From Candidatus Marinacidobacterales bacterium (GTDB lineage: Bacteria; Acidobacteriota; Vicinamibacteria; Marinacidobacterales; DATDRI01), in contig CBDCNP010000002.1 in NCBI GenBank assembly GCA_965219415.1, positions 3,296,001-3,360,000 of the forward strand: a DNA stretch of 64,000 nucleotides, written 5' to 3'. Shown in pieces: positions 9,499 through 19,740 of this stretch (its first letter is position 1; every line of letters starts with the position of its first letter). The position numbers and the translations under genes are program-made. The notes below the pieces were generated by a model. That model ran no database searches and was not told where the DNA came from. It was given only the letters and a program-made list of their open reading frames with translations.

Positions 9499-11151
9499 TT
9501 ACGAGCAGCCTGGGATCCGGAGCTGCTGTCCCACCTTAATAAGGTAGCGGGGGGCGCGGACGTTGTTGACCTCGGCCAGCTCCTGGGTGGTGACACATCG
9601 ATACCGGGAGGCAATGCGCCACAATGTGTCGCCTCGGCGAACGATATAGATTTCCATCTTGCCGTACGGGTAGTTGGCTTCGTGAAGCTCGAAAGCCGTT
9701 TCGACCAAATCTCCCCCAACACATCGCTCCTCGTAGTAGGGCACGAGTAGTTTCGGAATGGTAATGGTGGCGCCGGCCTCTGCCCGTTCGCCGGGGCTGA
9801 GGCGAGGATTAAGATTGCGTAGCGTGCGGAACCAGCCGTTCGCGCTTTCGACTTGCCCCAAGCAGATCGTGAGCTCGCCGAGGGACGCTGCTCTTTTGAG
9901 AATGAGCTCGGTCAGCCCGTTTTGGTAAACCGGGAACTCGAGGTTGTAGTCCTCAGGGTGAAGAAAGAGCCACGTTGCTGCCAGTATGCGAGGGACATAC
10001 TCCCGGGTCTCCCTGGGGACACGATAGTAGACTCGCTGATCCCAAAAGCCGGTCTTGTATCGCCGTTGGAGTCTCTTCATGCGAGACTCGCCACCGTTGT
10101 AGGCGGCGAGCGTCATCTCGAAACTTTCGTTCAGGATTTCGAACTGTTCGTTGATGTACGCAACGTTGGCACGCGTCGCTGCTTCCGGATCGAGACGCAT
10201 GTCGAAACCATCTACCTCTCGAAGACCGTAACGCTGCCCGGTCGAGCGAATGAACTGCAGCAGGCCGGTCGCACCGGCGTGTGAAAAGGAATGAACTCTG
10301 CCGCCGGTCTCGGTGGCGATCATCGCGAAGAGTAAGGCTTCCGGAAGACCCGCTTCTTCATAAATGGGCGCGATCTTGTCCCGAAGGTATTGGTAGTATT
10401 CGTAGGAGCTCATCAGCATCGGGCGGTTCCATGTGAGCCAATCGTCGAGTGCTGCCTTCACCGGTCCGTTGAGGCTGATCATCTCGCGAAGGTCATTGCC
10501 GCGAAGAAGCGCCACCGTGTCACCGAGCTCCGGCATCGCATTCAGGAGCGACGGCGCTCCAGCCTCCAGCGAAAGATCCTCGTCGATCTTGTCGCCCTCA
10601 TTACTCAACGCCTCCAGCTGCGAAGCCTGATCGGCGAGCGTCACGTTTTGCTCCTCGACGAGCCGTCCCATGACGTCGAAGAATCGGAGGGGATCGCATC
10701 CTTCGGTCTCGACGCACTGGTGAGCACCTACCTGAAGCCGCTCTCCGAGTCGGACCAGTTCCTCATCGGCTGCAACTTCGCCGGTCGAAAGCCGTTCGAG
10801 AATAGCGCCAAACTCGTCTTCCACTTGGGCGAGTTCCCGATAAAGTGCCTGGACCTGTTTCGAGGGATGCGGTCGCGCCTCTTCGGCGGCTTGGGCAGGC
10901 GGAGCTGCTGACGCCGGAGCGGGCGGGGGGGCAGAAACGTCTTTCCTTCCGCCGCAGCCGGTGATCGCCACCGCGAGAAACACTGTGAGAACTAAGTGCG
11001 TGCCGTATCGACGATGGAGTTGGACAAGCTCACGGACCTGCATTTCAGCGCGCACCTCGTGGACATGATGTTGGAATATCGGGCTATCGGCACCCGCTAT
11101 ATTAGCTTGCAGCAAAGCTGCTCTCGAGGCAACTCGCTGCGGCAGATTCAC
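9499..11151 (-). CDS. MltD-like lytic transglycosylase (SLT plus LysM), probable lipoprotein
   Basis: AMIATETGG, SHAGATGLLQF, LAAYNGGE, ETREYVPR, YIVRRGDTLWRIA; lipobox-like AITGC, so the true start is probably downstream of 11151. Confidence 0.85.
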   Translation of the reverse strand: MNLPQRVASRAALLQANIAGADSPIFQHHVHEVRAEMQVRELVQLHRRYGTHLVLTVFLAVAITGCGGRKDVSAPPPAPASAAPPAQAAEEARPHPSKQVQALYRELAQVEDEFGAILERLSTGEVAADEELVRLGERLQVGAHQCVETEGCDPLRFFDVMGRLVEEQNVTLADQASQLEALSNEGDKIDEDLSLEAGAPSLLNAMPELGDTVALLRGNDLREMISLNGPVKAALDDWLTWNRPMLMSSYEYYQYLRDKIAPIYEEAGLPEALLFAMIATETGGRVHSFSHAGATGLLQFIRSTGQRYGLREVDGFDMRLDPEAATRANVAYINEQFEILNESFEMTLAAYNGGESRMKRLQRRYKTGFWDQRVYYRVPRETREYVPRILAATWLFLHPEDYNLEFPVYQNGLTELILKRAASLGELTICLGQVESANGWFRTLRNLNPRLSPGERAEAGATITIPKLLVPYYEERCVGGDLVETAFELHEANYPYGKMEIYIVRRGDTLWRIASRYRCVTTQELAEVNNVRAPRYLIKVGQQLRIPGCS

Positions 11152-11295
11152 CAGTCAGATAGGCCGGGCTATCCCTTCCTGTGCCAAAACCCGGCCCTTT
11201 TGAAATAGGCCATAAATCAACAACTTTCCTGCCGCTCACCATTGACGGTGTATGGAGGGCGCGGGGTACAAGAGTGGGAGCAGCACCACCAAGCC

Positions 11296-11390
11296 GGTGC
11301 TTCCGCCTTCGCTGCGCATTAAATGGAGCGTAAACGCCTCTTTTGCAAAGGGATGCGTGCACATCACCAACAGTAAACAGCGCAAGCACC
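11296..11390 (-). mobile_element. MITE family A, internally deleted copy
   Basis: Both GGTGCTT ends retained; 95 bp. Confidence 0.75.
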
Positions 11391-11559
11391 CTTGGGTCCG
11401 GAAACCGATGCAACGTGTCCACGGACTTGAGAAAAGCCAGGAACTTGGGAGGTTTCAATGAAAGACAATAGAATGATTGCCGAGTTGATATCGGAGTTTG
11501 TAGCGCAGTTGGAGAAGCAGCTGCATGAGCTAAATTCACGAATTACTACTGTTCTTGCT

Positions 11560-13219
11560 GAGCCGGAGGCTTCTGAACCGGAGGCTGCTGGGCCAGAGGC
11601 TGCCGAACCAGAGGCTGCCGAGCCAGAGGCTGCTGAGCCGGAGGCTTCTGAACCTGGGCTTGATCCAGTTTCGTGGACACTTTCTGAAAGGCGGATACGA
11701 TGTCCACAATGGCAAAGACAACGCAGCCCCGGCGACCCCGCCGGGAGTTTGATGACGAGTTTAAGGCAGGCGCGGTCCGGCTGGTGCTTGATGAGGGCCA
11801 GAGCGTGGGTCGGGTGGCCCGGGAGCTTGACCTCACCGAATCGGCGTTTCGCAACTGGGTCCGTCAGGCCCGGGCCGATCGGACGAAGGGCCGGACGGGC
11901 TTGACGGGCGTGGAACGCGAGGAGCTTCGGCGGCTCCGCAAAGAGAATCGGCGGTTGCGGGTGGAGCGCGACGTTTTAAAAAAAGCCGCGGCCTTCTTCG
12001 CGAAGGAGAGCGAGTAAGATTCGCGTTCATCCAGGCGGAGAAGGCCACCGTACCGGTCGTTCACCTGTGTCAGATTCTCAACGTCTCTCGGAGTGGCTTT
12101 TATGCCTGGGTACGTCGGCCGCCGTCGGCCCACGCGCGCCGGGACCGCCAGTTGCGCGTGTTGATTCGTGCCTCCCATGAGGCGAGTCGCCGCACCTATG
12201 GGAGTCCGCGGATTTATCACGACCTGCACGAGCAGGGGTATCGAGTGAGTCGGGAAGCGGGTGATTCGGTTGAAACAGGCAGAAGGCCTCATTGCTCGAG
12301 TACGCAAACGCTTCAAGCGCACGACGGTAAGCGGTCATGGCCAGCCCGTCGCGGCCAATGTGCTCGGGCAAGACTTCGTCGCCGATGCGCCGAACCAACG
12401 GTGGGTCGGGGACACGACCGAGTTCGTGATCGGCAGCGGCGGGAAGCTTTATCTCGCGGCGCTCCTCGACCTCTACTCGCGATTCCTCGTTGGATGGGCC
12501 GTAAGTGCTATTAACGACCGTCACCTGGTTATCAAGGCGTTGCGGATGGCACTGAAACGTCGCCAACCGGCCGCGGGGCTCTTGCATCACTCCGATCAGG
12601 GCAGTCCGTATGCCAGCAAAGACTACCAACGTCTCCTTGAGACGCATGGCATGACCGGGAGCATGAGCCGACGGGGCAACTGCTACGACAACGCCGTCAT
12701 CGAGAGCTGGTTCTCCACGGTCAAGCACGAGCTTGGGGAGCATTTCCTCAGTTGCGGCGAGGCCAAGATGGCCCTCTTCGACTTCATCGAGGTATTCTAC
12801 AACCAGAGACGACGACACTCGACCCTCGGCCAGGTCAGTCCGGCCGAGTTTGAACGACGGATGAGGACTTCGCCAGCTTAACTAAACCGTCTACGAAACC
12901 GGATCAAGCCCAACCGGAGACTGCTGAGCCGGAGGCTGCTGAGCCGGAGGCTGCTGAGCCGGAGGCTTCTGAACCGGAGGCTTCTGAACCAGAGGTTGCT
13001 GAGCCGGAGGCTTCTGAGTCAGAGGCTGCCGAACCGGAGGCTGCTGAGCCAGAGGCTGCTGAGCCGGAGGCTGCTGAGCCAGAGGCTTCTGAGCCAGAGG
13101 CTTCTGAGCCGGAGGCTTCTGGGCCGGAGGCTTCTGAGCCGGAGGCTGCTGAGCCGGAGACTTCTGAGCCAGAGACTTCTGAGCCAGAGACTTCTGAGCC
13201 AGAGACTTCTGAGCCAGAG
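11560..13219 (+). repeat. 15-bp tandem repeat (gagccRgagRctKct), about 26 units, split by IS3
   Basis: Six units at 11560-11649, one split unit, and 19 units at 12926-13210. Confidence 0.95.
11655..12912 (+). mobile_element. IS3-family element (orfA 11700-12017; orfB ending at 12881)
   Basis: TG...CA TIRs tgggcttgatcc / ggatcaagccca; 3-bp TSD ACC; A7G slippery site at 11978-11985; DDE motifs WVGDTT, HHSDQG, NAVIES; an extra frameshift near 12253. Confidence 0.95.
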
Positions 13220-13443
13220 GTAGACGATGGCGATTCGCAATCCCAGGAAGACCGCGCAAAGTAATGGACGGCAATAGAACTGAGACAGGGGATAGGCGTT
13301 AGTGCATGAAATCTGTGATCCGCAAAAAAGAAGATCGCGTACCGCCTGGATCGACTTTTTGCGGAGCACAGGAGGTGCCAACGGGCGAGGGAGATGTTGG
13401 CGAACGGGTTGCTACCCTTGAACAATCCTTCGCCAGCGAGTCG

Positions 13444-13887
13444 ATGATGCACCACTACAACCTATCGACGCGCCACGTGTTCCAGACGCGACGCTCGGAT
13501 ATTCGCTCCGAGACGTTGGCTGCGTCGCGGTCCACCATCGAGGTGGCCACCCGCGGGCATGCGGTGCCGTTACCCGGATTCCCCGAACACTTTCTAAGCA
13601 TCAGGAACACTTGGCTCGGCGCAGTGGGCTGGCTCATCCAGGGACCCGAGCACCGGGTCATGGTTCAGTGCGTGACAGCCTGGACGATTGAGGGCGCAGC
13701 AAAGGGCGTGCGCTGGTTGGGGACGGAGCTACCGGAGGAGTTGGACTTGCCTTGTTGTCTGGTCAAGCTTGGACTACCCCTGCTTAAGGAGCCCGATTCG
13801 GCAAGTTGGCTTGAGGATGCCGAGCGGTGCATTAGCTGGGCGATGCTACCTACGCCTCCTCTTGGCAATGGCACAGGGTCGCCCTGA
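13444..13887 (+). CDS. Hypothetical protein, paralog of 17101-17509
   Basis: About 76% identity over 136 aa (manual count) to the minus-strand copy. Confidence 0.7.
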   Translation: MMHHYNLSTRHVFQTRRSDIRSETLAASRSTIEVATRGHAVPLPGFPEHFLSIRNTWLGAVGWLIQGPEHRVMVQCVTAWTIEGAAKGVRWLGTELPEELDLPCCLVKLGLPLLKEPDSASWLEDAERCISWAMLPTPPLGNGTGSP

Positions 13888-13896
13888 TGGGTGTAT

Positions 13897-14004
13897 TGAA
13901 CCGCCCCGGGTTTCCCGGAGACTCTAACTCTTGAGAGGATGGAGTCATGACAAGACGAAGCAGGTATTCACCGGAGGTGAAAGAGTGCGCAGTGCGGATG
14001 CTTT
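13897..14004 (+). mobile_element. IS3-family (IS51-like) left end with orfA start, truncated
   Basis: tgaaccgccccggg end; MTRRSRYSPEVKE.AVRM. Confidence 0.7.
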
Positions 14005-14170
14005 GGTGCTTCCGCCATTAAGTGTTGGTGAGATGATGCTAAGACATTACGGTGCATTTAATTACAGCCAAAATAGCGCTCGTGACCTTCGCTGCGCATT
14101 AAATGGAGCGTAAACGCCTCTTTTGCAAAGGGATGCGTGCACATCACCAACAGTAAACAGCGCAAGCACC
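14005..14170 (-). mobile_element. MITE family A
   Basis: Reverse complement of the 5807-5973 family. Confidence 0.85.
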
Positions 14171-14399
14171 AGAGTGTGCACTAGGCGCCGTGCTCTGCCT
14201 GCGGGCGTTGATTGATCAAATTCTCGCGGCGGGGCAAACCAAGACCTATCGCTATGCCAAGCGATACCTTGATCGCCTTGTCGCACTGGATGGCTGCGTG
14301 AGGGACTACCGTGAGGTACCCGACCACCGAGGGTATCTGGAGCACTTGCGAGAAACGCATAGCCGCAAACGGAGCTTCTGGAAGCTCGTCGACGGGTGA
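14171..14399 (+). pseudogene. DUF6880-like C-terminal fragment
   Basis: LRALIDQIL...YRYAKRYL...H..YLEHLRETHSRKRSFW. Confidence 0.6.
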
Positions 14400-14566
14400 C
14401 CGCCGTCCTGTGCCAAAACTCGGCCCTTTTGAAATAGACCACAAATCAGAAGCTTAGACGCCCTTGGAATCCGCGCAGAATCGAGGGTATTTCGCACCGC
14501 AGGGCTGGCTTCCGACCCCTGGGCTGCGGGTGGCGAGCGACAGGCCCACCGGGGGTGCGCACGGCG

Positions 14567-14767
14567 TGAAGAAAATCCGTTGCGCCATCTATACGCGAAA
14601 GAGCGCGGAAGAGGGTCTCGAACAGGATTTCAACTCCCTCGATGCGCAGCGAGAAGCCTGCGCCGCGTATGTCGCGAGCCAGAAAGCGGAGGGCTGGGTG
14701 CTGCTGCCAACTGTCTACGAGGACGGAGGGATCTCGGGAGGAACCCTGGAGCGCCCGGGCCTACAGC
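14567..14767 (+). pseudogene. Large serine recombinase, N-terminal catalytic fragment
   Basis: IRCAIYTRKSAEEGLEQDFNSLDAQREAC...YEDGGISGGTLERPGLQ. Confidence 0.9.
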
Positions 14768-15190
14768 TGTGCCTTCTATTTATTCATCCGCCAGCCCATG
14801 GGTCGGAAGTCAGCCCTGCGGTGCGAAATACCCTCGATTCTGCGCGGATTCCAAGGGCGTCTAAGCTTCTGATTTGTGGTCTATTTCAAAAGGGCCGAGT
14901 TTTGGCACAGGACGGGATACTCAACACACACGTTCCAAAACCTTCCGACACAGTGCGTCTCCATTAGCAGGAGCGGATCGGACGTTCGTGAGGCTGGCCT
15001 TCGTATCAGTAGGCCAGGAGCATTTTGGGGTGGTGTAGGAGTTGCGACCGCTGGCATCGTGATGATGCTACTTCCAGAACAAGCGAGAGTGGACATCGCC
15101 TTTTCGCCTCATGAGTTGCGCGTATCAAAGACCGTTGGATTTTAAGGAAAGATAGCACAACACGTTCTTAAATCTAGGAGAGAGGGTACA

Positions 15191-15409
15191 ATGCCAGACT
15201 TCCAGTTCGGTTCGGTACTGCATGAGATGTTATTTGTGGTTTCACTGTACGCATTCATGCGGGCAAACTATATCATCGTGCGTGAGGGACGTGAAGCTAA
15301 TGTCGGCCAAGGAATGCGTATTATGGCGGTGGTTTACTCGGTTGTTTTTGGATTTTACGCGATCGCTGGATTACTTACTGTCACAGGTATTGCCCAAACA
15401 CTCAAATAG
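15191..15409 (+). CDS. Small AT-rich two-TM membrane protein
   Basis: AGGAG RBS; two hydrophobic segments. Confidence 0.5.
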   Translation: MPDFQFGSVLHEMLFVVSLYAFMRANYIIVREGREANVGQGMRIMAVVYSVVFGFYAIAGLLTVTGIAQTLK

Positions 15410-15414
15410 CGTCG

Positions 15415-15606
15415 CTAGCCAGTGTCCGCCTTGACTTTAGCGCGGTCCCACCGTGCCCGGACGGCTTTTCTTGCGATGGCCTGTCGCTGTTCTGGTGTGA
15501 GCTTGGCAGCGCGGGCCTTGCCTAGCATGACGGCGGCGGGGTTCTTGCCTTCGGCCTCTGCCTTGGCGATGAGTTCCAAGAGTTCGGCGCTTACCTGATC
15601 TGTCAT
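15415..15606 (-). CDS. Small basic protein (KARAAKLTPEQRQAIARKA motif)
   Basis: Motif shared with the neighbouring ORF. Confidence 0.65.
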   Translation of the reverse strand: MTDQVSAELLELIAKAEAEGKNPAAVMLGKARAAKLTPEQRQAIARKAVRARWDRAKVKADTG

Positions 15607-15708
15607 TTCACGCCCCCCCAATCATCGGTTTGATTCTATCAGGCGTGGGCTAGCCGCTCAACTACCTTTGCGCATTTTGCTACATAATTTCCAAATTGAA
15701 ACTAGGAG

Positions 15709-15957
15709 CTAGGGTTTCCATCTAGCGTTAGCGGCTTTCCTGGCGATCTCGGAGCGCCGCTCTGGGCTCAACTTCGAGGCCCTGGCGCGGCCACCGACGA
15801 CGCCTCCCTTGCGGGCGCGTTCCGTCAGTTTCGGATTCGTCGGCTTGGCTGGCTCAAGCGGAGTCCCGTCCAGCCGCTCGCCGATCACCTGCTCCAATAC
15901 GGAGCGGGCATTGACGGCAAAATCGTAATCCTTGGGAAGTCCTTTGCGTCTAGGCAT
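15709..15957 (-). CDS. Small basic protein (KGG..GGRARASKLSPERRSEIARKAANARW)
   Basis: Recognisable motif; next to an IS1/IS1595-like end (aatttcaaaagaccccactacc, 16001-16022). Confidence 0.7.
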   Translation of the reverse strand: MPRRKGLPKDYDFAVNARSVLEQVIGERLDGTPLEPAKPTNPKLTERARKGGVVGGRARASKLSPERRSEIARKAANARWKP

Positions 15958-16022
15958 GGTCGCGATACTGCCAGACGGCGAGGCCGGAATCAAGCCCTCT
16001 AATTTCAAAAGACCCCACTACC

Positions 16023-16272
16023 CCGTTGCTTGGTTCGCAGTCCCAGACGGTCCGCCTCGGCCTTCACCTGCCGGAGCGTTCCGTGCTTTCGGTACAGCGC
16101 ATAGAGAGTCTGGACCGTTTCGGCCTCAGCCTCGTTGATGCGCAGCGTGCGCCCGTCCTGCTCGTAGCCGAGCGGTACATGGCCGCCCATCCATAGTCCC
16201 TTGCGCTTGGAGGCAGCGACCTTATCGCGGATCCGCTCGGCCGTGACCTCTCGCTCGAATTGCGCGAAGGAC
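16023..16272 (-). pseudogene. Large serine recombinase, central fragment
   Basis: FAQFEREVTAERIRDKVAASKRKGLWMGGHVPLGY...INEAEAETV. Confidence 0.85.
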
Positions 16273-16438
16273 GGTGCTTGCGCCGTTTACTGTTGGTGAT
16301 GTGTACGCATCCCTTTGCAAAAAAGGCGCTTACGCTCCATTTAGCATGCAGCGAAGGTCACGAACGCTATTTTGGCTGTAATTTAATGCACCGTAGGGTC
16401 TTAGCGTCATCTCACCAACACTTAATGGCGGAAGCACC
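16273..16438 (+). mobile_element. MITE family A
   Basis: Similar to 5807-5973. Confidence 0.85.
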
Positions 16439-16760
16439 CAAATACGTCGACTACTATCATTCGTGCCGGACTCATTTGTCGCTTGAGAAGGACGCGCCTG
16501 AGCCTCGCCGGGTAGAGTCACCGGCGATGGGCAAAGTGAGAGCCATTCCAAAGGTCGGTGGTCTCCATCATTAATTACACTCGACGCGCTGCTTGAGTCC
16601 GATCCGCTCGGAACGGCTGCCGGACTTCGCACCAGCTTACACCTCTACCCCTGAGTAGAGTCGACGCCGGCTCTTAAAACGTCCTACATGAAGACGACCA
16701 AAGCATTCCGGTTGCAGGAAGTTCGCCAATCTCATACAGCTCGAGTTTATGGAAGGGACA
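16439..16760 (+). mobile_element. C-terminal remnant and right end of an IS481-like integrase-core element
   Basis: YVDYYHSCRTHLSLEKDAP...VGGLHH; the end gagtttatggaagggaca is an imperfect inverted repeat of tgtgccttctatttattc. Confidence 0.7.
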
Positions 16761-16909
16761 GGGACGGATCCGCAACAAGCTCCTCACACCTCTGTCGGCA
16801 AGCGCGAATGACGCTTGGCCCCATCGTGTCGCGAGAGCGACTTGGGGGCATTCTCAACTACTACTGCCGTGCTGCGTAGATGGTCGCCGGCGACGGTAGC
16901 CCCTCGGCG

Positions 16910-17103
16910 GGCTCGACCGGCGTAGCGTGGAAACAGCACACGCTTCGATATTCGCTCTCGACTAGGTGGTCATCTGCATGGTGACGACCCGCCCGCCCAA
17001 GACGATTGTAAAGCCCACGGCCCTTGGCCCGGTCGCAAACACAGACACTAAGTTGCTGATTTATGGCCTATTTCAAAAGGGCCGAGTTTTGGCACAGGAC
17101 GGG
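16910..17103. repeat. Extended family-B end; near-identical copy at ~30245-30447
   Basis: ...ggtcatctgcatggtgacgacccgcccgcccaagacgattgtaaagccc...ttttggcacaggacggg occurs at both loci. Confidence 0.8.
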
Positions 17104-17509
17104 GTAGCAACGCCCAGCTAATGCACCGCTCGGTATCATCAAGCCAACTTGCCGCGCCGGGATCCTCAAGCAGTGGTACTCCAAGCTTGACCAGACAACA
17201 GGGCAAGCCCAACTCCTCCGGTAGCTCCGTCGCCAACCAGCGCAAGCCCTTCGCTGCGCCTTCGACCGTCCAGGCTGTCACGCAACGAACCATGACACGG
17301 CGCTCGGCTCCCTCGATGAGCCAGCCCACCGCGCCGATCCAGATGTTCCTGATGCTTAGCGAGTAGTTGGGGAATCCGGGTAACGGCACCGCCTGGCCGC
17401 CGATGGCCACCTCGATGGTGGACCGCAACGAGGCCAGCGTCTCGGGGCGAGCATCCGAGCGTGGCGTCCGGGCTACGTGGCGCGTCGATAGGTGGTAGTG
17501 GTGCATCAT
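17101..17509 (-). CDS. Hypothetical protein, paralog of 13444-13887; C-terminus clipped by a family-B end
   Basis: MMHHYHLSTRHV...ERCISWALLP. Confidence 0.65.
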
Positions 17510-17680
17510 CAACTCGCCGCCGCTCAATTCTGGGGCATCCTCGCCCACCTGGGGGCCTTTGTCGGACGCCGCCGCGTTGCCGTACTTCTTGCTGGGTTGT
17601 GCGCCGTCGGGGGAATCGAGCATCAAGGGCAAGCCTCTCTCCAGTACTGCTCCGCTCAAGTCTGATTTTACAGCACATCG

Positions 17681-17950
17681 GGTGCTTCCGCCATCAAGTG
17701 TTTGCTACACGGCTGCGGGCAGTGGTACAGGTGAGGAAGAGAGCGGGTTGCGCGCCCCAGTGAGCAGGAAAACCTCGATCCGCAACCACAAAGGAATCGT
17801 CGTCGCCAAGAAGATGTCTCGAAAGGTGAGTCGTCGCGTCGGGTGCTTCCGCAGTCAAGTGTTGGCGGCGGCCGCGTAACCTGTTCGCGTGCTAGAATTT
17901 TAGCCTGATTTCGAGAGGCGCAGTTCTTTCGTCGATGCCGGCTGGGCCGA
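17681..17950. mobile_element. Fused right-end (17681-17840) and left-end (17842-17950) fragments of the IS1-family element
   Basis: Two ggtgcttccgc TIRs. The right end carries one extra base in the IS1111 target and is unoccupied. Confidence 0.75.
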
Positions 17951-18432
17951 GTTTTGGCACAAGACGGGATCTACAACTCGTCGGCCCGTCGTCTAGAACA
18001 AACCGCGAAGCGAATAGCTTGGCCGTCGTGTCCCAAAATACAAACGAACTCTAGGACCCGTGCGCCGGGCCGTAGCCGAGATTATCATGGAGAGCGCAAC
18101 CATCAAGGGCTTGGCAACGCCTTTGTGTTATTGGACACGACGGGGTTGGCCGCCAACACTTCATTGCGGAAGCACCGCTCGTTACCTTCGCTGTGCCCAA
18201 AATGTCCCCCGCCCCACGATTTCTTTGGACAGTGATTTGAGAAACTAAATCAGACGAGGATGACGATATGTCCAGAGGAATGAAGGGGGAATCTGTGGTT
18301 GCGCAGGGAGCCCGGAGGGTGACCGAAGTGCTCTCAGATTCAGCGCGTGGCGTCAAGGGCTGGTGGTCGTCGCGGCGCAAGGTGAGCTTGGTATTGGAGC
18401 TGTTGCGTGGAGCCGAACTGGAGACGACGAGC

Positions 18433-18598
18433 GGTGCTTCCGCTATTAAGTGTTGGTAAGATGACGCTAAGACTTTACGCTGCATTAAATTACAGCCAAA
18501 ATAGCGCTCACGACCTTCGCCGCGCGCCAAATGGAGCGTAAGCGCTTTTTTTGCAAAGGGATATGCACACATCACCAACAGCAAACAGCGCAAGCACC
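18433..18598 (-). mobile_element. MITE family A
   Basis: Reverse-complement copy. Confidence 0.85.
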
Positions 18599-19126
18599 GG
18601 AATGCTTTGGTCGTCTTCATGTAGGACGTTTTAAGAGCCGGCGTCGGCTCTACTCAGGGGTAGAGGTGTAAGCTGGTGCGAAGTCCGGCAGCTATTCCGA
18701 GCGGATCGCGTCGTGTCCAAAAACACAAACGCACTCAAGGCCCACGCGATCATGGCCGGTCTAGACCGCGCAATCAACGCTGGATCGACTTTTTGCGGAG
18801 CACAACCCGCAACAGCACCCAAAACTCGCGGTCGACATTCGAGAGCCGCGGCCGTTTCACTGAACGGGGGAGGACGGCGAGCTGCTGCCGAAGAGCGACA
18901 TTCTCGAGAGCCAGCTCGCGACGAGCCTTGAAGGCAGAGACGAGAGCGTGAACAAACGACGAAATCATGCCGGCATGGTGCCGGCAGACCGGAGACTAAT
19001 CAAGTTCGGTGCGCGCGGATGAATAAATAGAAGGCACAGGTTGCGGATCGAGGTTTTCCTGCTCAGTAGGGCGCGCAACCCGGTCTCTTCCGCACCCGTA
19101 CCACTGCCCGCGGCCGCGTAGCAACA

Positions 19127-19410
19127 TATCTGGACTCCTCTAGTCAAGCCCCTTTCTTTCTAGTCACGCCCCTTTCTTAATAAATCTTCCATCGAAGCTG
19201 CGCATCCATCGCGTCGTGACGAGTGGGTCAGACTGCAAACGTATCTTCGGCCTCAGTGAGGAGCGTCTTGGGTGCTCCGGGCCATGATGGAAAATCCGCG
19301 CGCGAGGAGCCAATCACTTTGAACGACCTCTTAGGGCCAGTGTTGCTATTGGCTTGACCCCGCGCCGGTCCGACCGGTACGCCATCAGTTGGATGGGTAT
19401 CGTCGCAGCC
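19127..19410 (-). repeat. 284-bp tandem duplication of the IS1111 non-coding (bridge RNA) end
   Basis: Same sequence as 19411-19694 and 76-359. Confidence 0.9.
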
Positions 19411-19480
19411 TATCTGGACTCCTCTAGTCAAGCCCCTTTCTTTCTAGTCACGCCCCTTTCTTAATAAATCTTCCATCGAA

Positions 19481-19693
19481 GCTGCGCATCCATCGCGTCG
19501 TGACGAGTGGGTCAGACTGCAAACGTATCTTCGGCCTCAGTGAGGAGCGTCTTGGGTGCTCCGGGCCATGATGGAAAATCCGCGCGCGAGGAGCCAATCA
19601 CTTTGAACGACCTCTTAGGGCCAGTGTTGCTATTGGCTTGACCCCGCGCCGGTCCGACCGGTACGCCATCAGTTGGATGGGTATCGTCGCAGC
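19481..19693 (-). ncRNA. Predicted bridge RNA of copy 2 (extra copy at 19197-19409)
   Basis: Same sequence as 146-358. Confidence 0.8.
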
Positions 19694-19740
19694 CTCTTTT
19701 GGAAGGGAAAAAGGAAAACACGAAAGTGGAGCCTCTAAAT

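Larger units (their letters stand above)
11458..13264 (+). pseudogene. Acidic EPEA(A/S) pentapeptide-repeat protein (~181 aa when reconstituted), interrupted by IS3
   Basis: GGAGG RBS. Removing the IS3 and one ACC duplicate restores the frame through to TAA at 13262-13264. Confidence 0.7.

Noticed and set aside
12913-13219. Possible CRISPR array
   Set aside because: Contiguous 15-bp units with no spacers, in frame with a coding sequence, and no cas genes.
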